Position numbers and translations under genes: made by a program. 32,000 nt of DNA from Raphidiopsis brookii D9 (GTDB taxonomy: Bacteria > Cyanobacteriota > Cyanobacteriia > Cyanobacteriales > Nostocaceae): the NCBI GenBank assembly GCA_000175855.1, contig ACYB01000004.1:60001-92000 (forward strand), written 5' to 3'. A model generated the notes under the pieces. That model was not told where the DNA came from. It searched no databases and worked only from the letters and a program-made list of their open reading frames with translations. Below, piece after piece: positions 8,301-18,693 of this stretch (position 1 is its first letter; each line of letters opens with the position of its first letter).

Positions 8301-11108
8301 CTATTTAATTCTATCAGCTTGGTCAATTTTCCGCTGATAAACCTCTATTTTATGCCCAATTAAAGAACTCATTTGCTGGAATGATACTTCCCGAGATTTT
8401 AATAAAAGGGTATGGGCTTGATTCATCATTACATGATTCTGACTCAATTTTTTATACTGAGACTGCAACGAATAGGGGAAAATGGACTTGAAGATTTTTG
8501 TCGACTTTGGTAAATTTACAGCATGATTCTTATCCACTTGGGTTGGTAAATAATAATTGACCTGTTCTACATTAGTCAGATCATATAAAGCTGATAGGTC
8601 TAAGGAAACTTGATGACTAACTAGTCTAGCTAAAGCTCTCACAATTGAAGTATGATCTTCCATACCTCTTCTATTTAAAGAGACAGCAAGATGTTCTTTT
8701 TCCTTCAGGGTTGAACTAATCCATCTTGAACAGTTACCACCAACCCCTACTTCGATAAATATTCTAATGTTGTCATCATAAACCCGGTTAATTAACCGAG
8801 GAAAATCAAGTTGGTGACAAAGATTTTTGGCTATGTTATTACCAATAATTTCACTGTCTATGGTAAATGGTTCATAATTCCCCCCAGAGTAAAAGGTTAT
8901 CCCCGGTATATCTTGAGTTGGCAAAGTATTCATTTTGGCCAGTTCTCCATACTGCGATCGCATGGGTGGACAGTGAATGACATGATCAATCGAGGTGGGA
9001 AAAGCATCACACTGAAGTTTTTCAATTATCCTTTGACAGGCTTGTTTTTCTCCAGCAATGACTACTTCATCTGGTGTATTAATCAAGGGAATATAAACCC
9101 GATTTTCATCTTTAATTGCTTCTTTCACCCGAGAAACCGGACAAAGAACAATATAGTTACCCCAAAAATCTTCATTCTTGTTATTATCATCTGGAGGTAA
9201 TGCCCAAGCTTGACGAACAGCATTTTTTGGTCCAGAAAGTTCGGTCTTAAATAGGGGGGAAGCATTTAAATAATCACTGGTGCTTTTAAAACTAGTCCAA
9301 ATACCTTGCGCTAACATCATACTAGTTTCACCCAAACTATAACCAAAAGCACATTGGGGTTGGAGATGAAAATAGTTTTTAAAAACTGCGGTAATTAATC
9401 CAGCAAAGCCAACCTCCGACTCTAGCATGGCTACCGGGTCATCTATTAGTTTCTGTTCCATAGCTTCTAATTCTCTACTGGTCGCTTTATTGATGGTGCG
9501 AGGATAAAGAATTTTTTCGATGTTAGCTACCCGTTCATACACATTATTAATTACTCGGTCATCATAAATTTTAGGGAATAGTCGAAACAGACTTCTTCCT
9601 AATCCTATATAAGATGTAAATGAGCCAGAATAAACATAGGCTATTTTACCTTTTTTGGACAGGGGATTAACTGTGAAATAACTACCTAGGGGAGTTTGCC
9701 AATCTTTCCCAGTAGCAAATGTGTCTTTGATTCCTTCAATACCTCTGTTTATTTCTTGGATTAATTCTTCTAAATTTCTGCCGAGAATTGCGACGATATA
9801 GTTTTTTATGGCGTATGTATTTTGGGATCTTTGGTAATTTTGAAATTCTTGAAATGTTTGCCTTGCTAGATGAGATAGAGAAGAATGATTTTGCTTTAGA
9901 TAGTTTTGCAATTTGATCATCTTTTCTACCAGAGAGGACTGATTTTCACCAGCTATGGGAAATAGATAATAAGGCATTTGGGCCAAATATTTACTACTCC
10001 GTTCTAGTTCACTGCTTGTTTCTGACAGAATTATATGTATATTTCTGTCAGTTTCTATGCTGTTAATAGCAGCTATTCGTTTAGAGGTGTTTATTTCTAA
10101 AAACCAGGGTTTGGATTGGGTTGGAAAATAAAAGGGAGTGTTATGCCAAATATCTAATTTTTTGACACCAGTCCATTGGGGAACAGCTGGGATATAACGA
10201 TGATATAAACAAAGTGCAGTTTTAATCAAACTCATCATTCCTGACGCGGTATGAGTGTCACCAATATTAGTCTTCACACTACCTAAAGCACAGGTCAAAT
10301 TAGACTTTTGAGTTTTGTAAGCAGCGATTAAACCTTGAACTTCCCCATCATCTTCTTCCCTAATACCACTAGCATGAACTTCTATATAACCAATATCTTT
10401 AGCTGTAACTTCTGCTATCTCAAAAGCTGTTTGACAACAGCGGGTAATTGCTTGTGCTTGGTTTGGATACTTATCCACTATACTGACAGCATCAATTACT
10501 GCATAAATGTGAGAATTTTGTTGTTTGGCCGTTTCTTCCAGTTGCAAAATTATTATTCCTATTCCTTCTCCTGATAAAGTCTTAGTAGCATTTTGGTCAT
10601 AGCTGAGAGTTTGTTGACCTGTATCATTCTCAAAATTTTCAGAATTTTCGTGATCCCAATCTATTGCTGCTATTAAAACAGCATTTACTTGATTTTTAGT
10701 GAGTAGTTTTTGTGCTAAATCTAACGCTGAAAAGACCGATTTTTCTTCAGCGAATGCTGGGCTTGTTGCATTCCATAACTGGGAAATATAACTAGCCAAT
10801 TTATTTTGGTGGTCACTTTGGAATCTACTCACCAATATCACTGCGATTTTAGTTTCTTCACTTAAGGTAGCAGTTTTGAGAGTATTCTCAGCCACCTTTA
10901 ACATTAGTTTTTGTGGTGGTGACAAATTTTCTATCTGTGGTAAAGGAACTTTCCATGATGGCTCAAGATTATAGTTAATAGGTGCAAAATTCTGCTTTCC
11001 TTCATAAATAATACGTTCAAAACTATCTAGTTCCTGAGAACCACTCACTAGGCAATCCAACCCCACAATTGCCATTTTCTGAAATTGACTTCCTATTAAC
11101 TCCTGCAT
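8301..11108 (-). CDS. PfaB/HglD-like protein: degenerate ketosynthase region plus acyltransferase domain
   Basis: KS remnants (IEVHASG, GSVKTNIGDTHTASGMMSLIKTALCLYHR) without an active-site Cys motif, followed by an AT-like domain (AYVYSGSF, FGYSLGETSMM, IEVGVGGNCSRWI). Confidence 0.85.
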   Translation of the reverse strand: MQELIGSQFQKMAIVGLDCLVSGSQELDSFERIIYEGKQNFAPINYNLEPSWKVPLPQIENLSPPQKLMLKVAENTLKTATLSEETKIAVILVSRFQSDHQNKLASYISQLWNATSPAFAEEKSVFSALDLAQKLLTKNQVNAVLIAAIDWDHENSENFENDTGQQTLSYDQNATKTLSGEGIGIIILQLEETAKQQNSHIYAVIDAVSIVDKYPNQAQAITRCCQTAFEIAEVTAKDIGYIEVHASGIREEDDGEVQGLIAAYKTQKSNLTCALGSVKTNIGDTHTASGMMSLIKTALCLYHRYIPAVPQWTGVKKLDIWHNTPFYFPTQSKPWFLEINTSKRIAAINSIETDRNIHIILSETSSELERSSKYLAQMPYYLFPIAGENQSSLVEKMIKLQNYLKQNHSSLSHLARQTFQEFQNYQRSQNTYAIKNYIVAILGRNLEELIQEINRGIEGIKDTFATGKDWQTPLGSYFTVNPLSKKGKIAYVYSGSFTSYIGLGRSLFRLFPKIYDDRVINNVYERVANIEKILYPRTINKATSRELEAMEQKLIDDPVAMLESEVGFAGLITAVFKNYFHLQPQCAFGYSLGETSMMLAQGIWTSFKSTSDYLNASPLFKTELSGPKNAVRQAWALPPDDNNKNEDFWGNYIVLCPVSRVKEAIKDENRVYIPLINTPDEVVIAGEKQACQRIIEKLQCDAFPTSIDHVIHCPPMRSQYGELAKMNTLPTQDIPGITFYSGGNYEPFTIDSEIIGNNIAKNLCHQLDFPRLINRVYDDNIRIFIEVGVGGNCSRWISSTLKEKEHLAVSLNRRGMEDHTSIVRALARLVSHQVSLDLSALYDLTNVEQVNYYLPTQVDKNHAVNLPKSTKIFKSIFPYSLQSQYKKLSQNHVMMNQAHTLLLKSREVSFQQMSSLIGHKIEVYQRKIDQADRIK

Positions 11109-11174
11109 GACAATTCTCCATTTTTAAATTTGATAAGTATTACAAAGCCCAATTACCTTAACTGAATTTGCTTA

Positions 11175-14100
11175 TTAGTAACTATTGGGCAAGATTGTGG
11201 CTTTTGCTCCCTTCATCCGATTATAAACTTGTCCTTTTTGACTGTGAGTAATTACATCAGCAACTACATAAGATTCAGTTTTGGATTTGATTTCACAAGT
11301 TACATAAAACGTTTCTCCAAAGGGAACAGGTGCAAATTGTTCAAAATTTTCAATTTCTGATGGTAAACAACCAACTTGATGAAAATGTTGAGTCCAAATC
11401 CACAGAGAATGTACCTGTACATCCGCTATATAGGGGTTAAAAGTCTGTACTCTGAATTGTCCCTGTTGGTGTAATGTAGGTTCGGGGAGTTCACATTTCA
11501 TAGTCAGTTTACCGGGACTGATATTTAACACAGATTTTACCCCTTGAAAAGTATTACCATGAAATAAACTACCCACACCAGTTTGATATAGTAAGGAATT
11601 GCTGGCTAGGAATTGCCCATCTTGGGTGAGGTTAAAAAGTTCATAGTTATCAGCTGGAGGAACTTGTCTTTTCAAAATTAGGTTACTACTAAAATGATAT
11701 CTGATTTTTCCATGGTTGGTAACACTACTAATTTTGCCCACAAGGTGAATTTCTTGATTGTCAATTTTAGCAATTTCTTGAATTTCAAGAATATATTCAT
11801 GGGGGGAATTTTGGTCAAAAACAATTCCTTTAAGGACTTTAAAGTTAGGACAGTGAAATATCTGGAAACCAGGATAGAGTTGTTCACAACTGCTAGATAT
11901 CCACGACAGTCCACAAGTTGCGGGAAGAACTGGATTACCCGCAATCACATGATCCTGTAAAAATGGGTTATAGTTTAACTTTAATTGACGGGTGATTTGA
12001 TGGGTTTTTAGTTCACTAGACAAGGTAGAAGGAATATAGACTAAGGGACTACCAATTACTACTTGGGTCATGCTTGAATCACTAGTTCTTAGTTGATCAA
12101 CTAAGATACTACTACCCAGTTCTTGGGGAATGGTTTCAATTCCTCGTTGTGCAAATGCTGTCTGTAATTCCGGAGAAACCATACCACTATCCCAAGGACC
12201 CCAATTAATGGAGACTACATGACAATTAGGGTATTTATGTTTAATTACATGGGCTGATTTGTTGAGAATTTCGTTAGCTATTGCATAGTCCGTCTGTCCA
12301 ACGTTACCATAAAATCCCACTACTGAAGAAAATAGGATTAAATATTCCAGTTGATTTGTTTCCACAATATTGAGTAGGTTTTCTAAACCCTGAACTTTGG
12401 CAGCATAAACTGTTTCAAAATCTTGAACTGTCTTTTTCTCAATTCTTTTATCTGCTAAGTTACCCGCACCATGAATGATTCCAGTTATAGTGCCAAATTG
12501 GTCAATTATAGGTCTTAGCTTTTCTTTCAACATCATACCATCGGTGATATCAACACAGATATATTCTGCTTTTCCTCCTGCTTCATTAATTGCTTTTAAT
12601 GTATTGTGTATTTCTCTTTGGGAGGCAATAGTTTGATATTTTTTCTGCACCATTATGGGAGTGGGTTTTTCTCCCTTGGACAGAAAATCTTCCATGATTC
12701 GCCGTTTCAGTTCATTTTCATCTTCATATCCTTCAGACCAAACAGGTTCAATTTCTGCACTAGAACGTCCTAAAAGAATAAACTTGCATTGGTATTCTTC
12801 AGCCAATTTGATTACACATTTAGCAGTAATTCCCTTAGCACCCCCACTAACTAAAAAAACCTGGTCTTTAGTAATATTTAATGAATCGGGAATGATGGAT
12901 GATTTAGTAGGTTCTGCTACTAAGGTAAATCTATCTGTTTTATTATATCCCACCTCCGTAACTAATAAATTAGGATCTTGCAATTCAGCCAGAATATGTT
13001 TTACGGTTGTGTCCCCATCTAAATCAGGACTTAAATCTAGGGTACGACAAAATACTTCTGGCCATTCTTGATTTAAACTTTTAGTTAGTCCAAATAATCC
13101 TCCACTAATGGGACTAAAATTGTGAGTTTTTGCCGTTCCTAATTCACCATCTAATCTCACAACTGCAAAAAAGCAAGCACGTTCTTTTTTAGTCAGTTGA
13201 TTTAGATCTTCCTTCAGATGTTTGGCAATTAAAAACACGTGCTGAACAATGGCTTGATCTATTCCCAAGTTATTGTTGGAGTAAGGATGTAGATGAATAA
13301 AACCACCTACACAACCAAACTTGCTGGTAAGTTCGGTCAAATGTTCTTGCAAAGTTTCTTCATGCCAATCGTTTAATCTGATTTGAGCAATCTCCTCCGA
13401 TAGGTTTGACTCCAAGTATGGAAAGGTTAAAACAACAGTTTTACATCCTTTATCTGCAAGCTTAGCTACTAACCTATGGGTAACTTCCGAACCATCATTA
13501 GTAATTAAGACAAAATGATTTTCTGGAATGGTTAAATCTAAACTGTCTGGTTGAGGAAGTGCTTTTAATTGCACCGGAAGGCGCAGGATTTTATCCGCTA
13601 CTTCCGTGGTTGACGTGTCTGGTTTTTCTGATGTGGATAAATTGGACCTCTCCACAGTTTCAGCTTGATTGCGCATATAGTCAGCAATTTGTTCCAGAGT
13701 TGCCAATTGCGCTAATTCTTCTGGGTTAGGTCTGGGTAGATCCGGGTAAAGTTCTAAAAGTCCTCCCAGAATTTCTACTCTTTTGATAGAGTCAATTCCT
13801 AAATCTGCTTCCATATCCATGGAAGGGTCTAACATTTCCACAGGATAACCTGTTTTATCACTAACAATAGTGAGCAAGATCTGACTTAAATTATCGGGAA
13901 TGGTAATTGTTGTAGATCTATTTGATAAGTCTTCATGTAAGTCGTCATGGGGTAAAACCAAGAATTGTGGATGATTATGGTGTTCACTAAGAGTCTCCTC
14001 TAGGGGTTGATTTTGACCCAGCTGTGTAATTAAGTTGTTTATATACTCAGCAATTTGTTCCAGAGTTGCCAATTGCGCTAATTCTTCTGGGTTAGGTCTG

Positions 14101-17100
14101 GGTAGATCCGGGTAAAGTTCTAAAAGTCCTCCCAGAATTTCCACTCTTTTGATAGAGTCAATTCCTAAATCTGCTTCTATATCCATGGACAAGTCTAACA
14201 TTTCCACAGGATAACCCGTTTTATCACTGACAATATTGATCAGGGTCTCCCTCAGTTTTCCTTTATCAATATGAGTAGCTATGGGAAAATCGACTGTAAT
14301 GTCAGGTAGATTATTCTGGGAATTATTTTCCGGTTCTAGAGGATAAATTAACTTTTGTGCTGGTGGGTCACTTTGTGCAACATGGGAAGATGGAAGATGA
14401 GAATACCCATTGGGAGACCCTACCTCTAACAAGCTATAGTGCTGCTCGAGTAATTGAAAGTAATTATTGGTATACTCCTGTTGATAATTGAGATATTTTT
14501 CGTGAATACGAATGGTTTCAGCTTGATGGTCGTGTAGTTGCATCATGCTACGTTCCGTACTAGAAATTGCCAACTGTTGTGTTTGAGCTTGATATTCATT
14601 AGTTTCTTCCTTCCCTAGGAACAAACACTGTTGCTGCATTAATTCATAAAAGGTTTTATTGTACTCTATTTGATTTTGCAAAGACTGTTGATGTGCATGA
14701 TTAATTTCACTTTGCTGTCGAGTAAATTCTGCTAATGATTGTTCCAAACTATCAAGAATTCGATCATAGTTTTCCACGGGAATTTCTATCTTTTGTTCTA
14801 CCATACTATAGTTTTTAACTTCAGAATTAGTTTTTGAATTGAGGATACTTGATGAGGTTATTTCTGGATTTATCTCCACTAATGTTTTCTCTGGCTGAGT
14901 TTGATAATTTTCTTCACTAACCCTTGTTATTGGGATAACTGAACCAGTTGCTAAAGCCTGAGCAAATGCTTTTTGTGATCTGTCATTAATATTGGTAGCA
15001 TTCAATCTGATATTCAAAGTTTTTTGTTCATTTTTCTGTGAAGCTGAAGAAATTTTAGTAGGAATTTGATAGGGATCTAGGTTTTTTAATGGTACACCAA
15101 AAACTCGCAATTTGGTAACAGCTTCCCGTAATAATAAATCACTATCTTGACGATAATTAGCATTTAATGCTACCGCAATATGAGGCTTGTCTACCAAGAT
15201 TTCTTTGACTAAATTAGTAAGAATATTTTTGGGACCAAACTCAATAAAACAATTACCACCAGCTTGATATATATTCTCAATCTGTTGTTGAAATAACACC
15301 TGATTTAATAAATGTTCCTGGAGAATTTTTTGCATGGATCCAGGTTTATTAGGATATAATTTTCCTGTCACATTGCTATAAACCGGAATGCGAGGTGGTT
15401 GAAAATTCACTTGTGCGATCGCATGGGCGAAGGGTTTTTGTGCATGGGAGACTAACGGTGTGTGGAAAGCAGCGGAAACCCCTAATAAGAAACAGGAGAA
15501 CCCCTGAGCTTGTAAAACATTCTGTAATTGAGTAATTTCTGATTTGTTCCCAGCTAGAACTATTTGCTGTGGGGAATTATAGTTAGCAATAGCAACTTGG
15601 GGAAAGTCTTTAATGAATTCGGTTACTTGGCTGATATTACCTTTTACTGCTAACATTCCTCCAGCATCCACTTCTGGGGATGTGGACATTGCTTTTCCCC
15701 TAGCTTTGACCAGAAAGAAATAATCTTCTTCAGTTAATACACCTGCAGACCATAGAGCTGTTAATTCTCCAAAACTATGTCCAGCAACAAAATCAACTTT
15801 CAACCCAGCTTGCTGCAATATTTTATATAATCCTGCACTCAATACTCCTATTGCTGGTTGTGCATATTCAGTTTTTTGCAGTTTTTCTAATTGTTCTTGT
15901 CGTTCCTGTGGACTGAAAACTGGAGTGGGGAAGACTACTTGAGAAAGAGATTCTAATCCCTCACGGGAGAATAAATCATCTAGATGAGAGTAGGTTTGTC
16001 GTAAGCAGGGAAAGTTAATTACTAATTCTCTTCCCATTTCCAAGTATTGGGAACCTTGTCCGGAAAATAAGGCCACTACTTTTCCGGTTGTTTCCATACC
16101 CTGTTGACGATAATAAATTCCTTTGGGATGTTCCCAAAAATCAACAGAAGGTTGATTTTTTAGCAAATCAATAATGATAGCTAAATGGGCTATTGCTTGG
16201 CTTAAAGAAAGGGTGGTGAATCCTACTCTAGCATGATCAACAGGAATTATCAATTGTTCAGATTCGGCAATTATTCTTTGATAATGTTGTTCTTTATCTG
16301 TTGATTCTAACTGTTGATAAAGATGTTGACATTGAGATAATAACTCTGGCGTTGTGGGTGCGCTCAAGAAAATTGACTTAGCGCAATTATGCAATCTATA
16401 TGATTGATGATGTTCTGATTCATATTCTTCCAAAACTACATGATAATTTGTACCTCCAAAACCAAAGGCGCTCACCCCAGCTCGTCTCGGTTGATTGCTA
16501 ATCCATGGTCTGGTTTCCGTGTTTAAATAAAAGGGAGAATTTTCAATATTCAGTTTGGGATGGGGTTGGGTAATGTTAATAGTTGGTGGTAATACCTTAT
16601 GATGTAATGCCAAGGCGGTTTTAATTAAACTAGCAGCACCCGCAGCAGCTTTTGTGTGTCCAATTTGAGATTTAACCGTTCCTAAAGCTATGTGTTGTTT
16701 TAGAGAGTTATTATCGCCAAATACCTGATTTATTGAAATAAATTCCGTAGGGTCTCCCACCATAGTTCCCGTACCATGAGCTTCAATTAAACCCACAGTT
16801 TGAGGTGCAAAACCAGCATTTTCATAAGCCCGACGAATGGCTTTTACCTGTCCTTGGGAATGGGGAGCGTAAATGCTTTTGTATTTACCATCACTGGAAC
16901 TGCCAATACCCTTGATGACAGCATAAATGCGATCGCCATCTTTAACAGCATCTTCCAGACGTTTGAGTACCAACATTCCCACGCCCTCACCTAACATCAT
17001 ACCATCGGAATTGACATCGAAGGGTCTAACGTTTTCACTGGGGGAAACTGCGGGAGTTTTACTAAAACACATATAGGCAAAAATGGAATTATCGGTATCA

Positions 17101-17945
17101 ACCCCACCTGTAATCATCATATCAGCACGATGGGCAAGCAATTCGCTGATTGCCATATTCAGTGCGCCCAGGGAACTAGCGCAAGCAGCATCAACTACAC
17201 AATTAGTTCCGCCCAAATCAAGTCGGTTGGCAATTCTCCCGGAAATTACATTAGCCAACATTCCAGGGAACGCATTTTCCTCCCATTGTATATAAGCACT
17301 TTTGAGTTTCTCAATTACTTTTTCAGTCTCATCATCAGAAAGTCCACAGTTTTTAAAAACTTTTTTCCAAATGGGATATTGTAATCGTGACCCCAAAGGT
17401 ACTGCCAATTGTCTACCAATTGCCACACCTAATATTACCCCTGTACGATCCCGATCAAACTGTTGGGACTCACTATAACCAGCATCTTCCATAGCTGCTT
17501 TAGCGACAACTAAACCTAATAATTGAGAAATATCCGTCACTTCTAGAATATTTGGTGGTAAACCAAACTCCATAGGATTAAAATCAATATCGGGGATGAA
17601 ACCACCTCTTTTACAGTAAGTTTTATCGGGTGCTTTAGGATTGGGATCATAATAGTCTTCCACGCTCCAGCGGGAAGCAGGCACATCTGTAATGCAATCT
17701 ATTTTATCCATTATGACCTGCCAATACTCCTGCAAGTTTCTTGACTCGGGAAATAGGGAAGCCATACCAATAATTGCAATTTGATTACTTTGATTACCAC
17801 CATTATAATTTTGAGAATATTCCATGGTTTTTTTCCCTTTAATCAAGTTTAATACATCTCGTTCACAATTGCTAACTTCATCCTGCAATTGTGCTAAATC
17901 TGACTCAAATTTGGCGTGATTCATGGCGATATTGTGCTTTTTCAA
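11175..17945 (-). CDS. PfaA/HglE-like type I polyketide synthase: KS-AT-linker-ACP-ACP-KR-DH
   Basis: KS: VVDAACASSLGALNMA, EAHGTGTMVGDPTEF, KSQIGHTKAAAG. AT: FSGQGSQYLEMG, GHSFGE. Two ADLGIDSIKRVEILGGL ACP sites. KR: FLVSGGAKGITAKCVIKLA. DH double hotdog: DHVIAGNPVLP and ADVQVH. The ORF's first codon is TTG at 17945. ATG at 17924 is an alternative start. Confidence 0.93.
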   Translation of the reverse strand: MKKHNIAMNHAKFESDLAQLQDEVSNCERDVLNLIKGKKTMEYSQNYNGGNQSNQIAIIGMASLFPESRNLQEYWQVIMDKIDCITDVPASRWSVEDYYDPNPKAPDKTYCKRGGFIPDIDFNPMEFGLPPNILEVTDISQLLGLVVAKAAMEDAGYSESQQFDRDRTGVILGVAIGRQLAVPLGSRLQYPIWKKVFKNCGLSDDETEKVIEKLKSAYIQWEENAFPGMLANVISGRIANRLDLGGTNCVVDAACASSLGALNMAISELLAHRADMMITGGVDTDNSIFAYMCFSKTPAVSPSENVRPFDVNSDGMMLGEGVGMLVLKRLEDAVKDGDRIYAVIKGIGSSSDGKYKSIYAPHSQGQVKAIRRAYENAGFAPQTVGLIEAHGTGTMVGDPTEFISINQVFGDNNSLKQHIALGTVKSQIGHTKAAAGAASLIKTALALHHKVLPPTINITQPHPKLNIENSPFYLNTETRPWISNQPRRAGVSAFGFGGTNYHVVLEEYESEHHQSYRLHNCAKSIFLSAPTTPELLSQCQHLYQQLESTDKEQHYQRIIAESEQLIIPVDHARVGFTTLSLSQAIAHLAIIIDLLKNQPSVDFWEHPKGIYYRQQGMETTGKVVALFSGQGSQYLEMGRELVINFPCLRQTYSHLDDLFSREGLESLSQVVFPTPVFSPQERQEQLEKLQKTEYAQPAIGVLSAGLYKILQQAGLKVDFVAGHSFGELTALWSAGVLTEEDYFFLVKARGKAMSTSPEVDAGGMLAVKGNISQVTEFIKDFPQVAIANYNSPQQIVLAGNKSEITQLQNVLQAQGFSCFLLGVSAAFHTPLVSHAQKPFAHAIAQVNFQPPRIPVYSNVTGKLYPNKPGSMQKILQEHLLNQVLFQQQIENIYQAGGNCFIEFGPKNILTNLVKEILVDKPHIAVALNANYRQDSDLLLREAVTKLRVFGVPLKNLDPYQIPTKISSASQKNEQKTLNIRLNATNINDRSQKAFAQALATGSVIPITRVSEENYQTQPEKTLVEINPEITSSSILNSKTNSEVKNYSMVEQKIEIPVENYDRILDSLEQSLAEFTRQQSEINHAHQQSLQNQIEYNKTFYELMQQQCLFLGKEETNEYQAQTQQLAISSTERSMMQLHDHQAETIRIHEKYLNYQQEYTNNYFQLLEQHYSLLEVGSPNGYSHLPSSHVAQSDPPAQKLIYPLEPENNSQNNLPDITVDFPIATHIDKGKLRETLINIVSDKTGYPVEMLDLSMDIEADLGIDSIKRVEILGGLLELYPDLPRPNPEELAQLATLEQIAEYINNLITQLGQNQPLEETLSEHHNHPQFLVLPHDDLHEDLSNRSTTITIPDNLSQILLTIVSDKTGYPVEMLDPSMDMEADLGIDSIKRVEILGGLLELYPDLPRPNPEELAQLATLEQIADYMRNQAETVERSNLSTSEKPDTSTTEVADKILRLPVQLKALPQPDSLDLTIPENHFVLITNDGSEVTHRLVAKLADKGCKTVVLTFPYLESNLSEEIAQIRLNDWHEETLQEHLTELTSKFGCVGGFIHLHPYSNNNLGIDQAIVQHVFLIAKHLKEDLNQLTKKERACFFAVVRLDGELGTAKTHNFSPISGGLFGLTKSLNQEWPEVFCRTLDLSPDLDGDTTVKHILAELQDPNLLVTEVGYNKTDRFTLVAEPTKSSIIPDSLNITKDQVFLVSGGAKGITAKCVIKLAEEYQCKFILLGRSSAEIEPVWSEGYEDENELKRRIMEDFLSKGEKPTPIMVQKKYQTIASQREIHNTLKAINEAGGKAEYICVDITDGMMLKEKLRPIIDQFGTITGIIHGAGNLADKRIEKKTVQDFETVYAAKVQGLENLLNIVETNQLEYLILFSSVVGFYGNVGQTDYAIANEILNKSAHVIKHKYPNCHVVSINWGPWDSGMVSPELQTAFAQRGIETIPQELGSSILVDQLRTSDSSMTQVVIGSPLVYIPSTLSSELKTHQITRQLKLNYNPFLQDHVIAGNPVLPATCGLSWISSSCEQLYPGFQIFHCPNFKVLKGIVFDQNSPHEYILEIQEIAKIDNQEIHLVGKISSVTNHGKIRYHFSSNLILKRQVPPADNYELFNLTQDGQFLASNSLLYQTGVGSLFHGNTFQGVKSVLNISPGKLTMKCELPEPTLHQQGQFRVQTFNPYIADVQVHSLWIWTQHFHQVGCLPSEIENFEQFAPVPFGETFYVTCEIKSKTESYVVADVITHSQKGQVYNRMKGAKATILPNSY
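13681..14241 (-). repeat. Tandem ACP-coding duplication (two copies about 195 bp long, 366 bp apart)
   Basis: Copies at about 13681-13875 and 14047-14241 are identical for the first 60 bp and differ at only about 6 of the first 180 bp by manual comparison. Confidence 0.9.
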
Positions 17946-18693
17946 TTTACATGGGTTAAACTTGCCCCAAACTTTACAATCAAGTTTTTAGGATACAAAC
18001 AGTTCCTAATGTCAAGACAGATTATTTCTGAGTTTAATTTGGTAAAATGCTTTGCGGCCAAAGTGAGGATACATTCCAGAAACCCAAACAAAAAAATCCT
18101 ATCCTCTTCCCTGTAACTTACTATATCAATTAATTTGCCGCCGATTTATTCTGATATTAGACCTGCCCACAATATTTGACAACAGTTATGCAACTTAAAT
18201 GCAACTAAAGAAAATGCAAAATTGTTATGAATCAAACTATAATTTTTGGATTAAAGTTTGGGATTGTGGAACAAAATAGTCAAGCGTTGCATCTATCTAA
18301 GGAAAGAGAATAATTTAAAATTTGTGATCAAATAAAGAGCATCTAGATATTTGAGTAATAAATAGTAATCAAAGTTAACCTGCCCAAAAAACTTCACAAA
18401 ATTAAGTATAGAATTTTGTTGCATAAGGCTTGAAATTGCACATTAATCAGTTTATTGTATTTGGTTGAATGATGTAAATGTAAATCCATCCCGTTGGTTT
18501 ATGAGGTGGATAGATAGGGAACCAAGCGACCAGATAAATTCACACCAAATTGATCCCTAATCCAGGTTGCCAATTCGTCAGTTTATCCACCCTTAACTAT
18601 GGAGGATTACAAATAAAAATCATGCAATTGTTGGTGTTTGTATATTGACAAATGCAAAATGGTAATTAAAATAAACTATAAGGGCTTGCTGGC

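Noticed and set aside
8811-9200. 129-aa plus-strand ORF
   Set aside because: Antisense to the PfaB-like CDS, with no recognisable domain. Typical shadow ORF in AT-rich coding DNA.
12655-13071. 138-aa plus-strand ORF inside the PKS
   Set aside because: Antisense to the conserved KR region of the PKS. Sequence is low-complexity (SSFSSSYPS) and unlikely to be a gene.
16800-17384. Several 64-84 aa plus-strand ORFs inside the KS region
   Set aside because: Fully antisense to highly conserved KS motifs. No independent coding evidence.
17916-18116. 66-aa plus-strand ORF at the PKS 5' end
   Set aside because: Overlaps the PKS start antisense, with no family resemblance and no convincing RBS.
17946-18693. 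NtcA-type site (GTA-N8-TAC) driving the PKS or exporter
   Set aside because: No canonical match was found by eye despite the DevBCA context, so no binding site is claimed.
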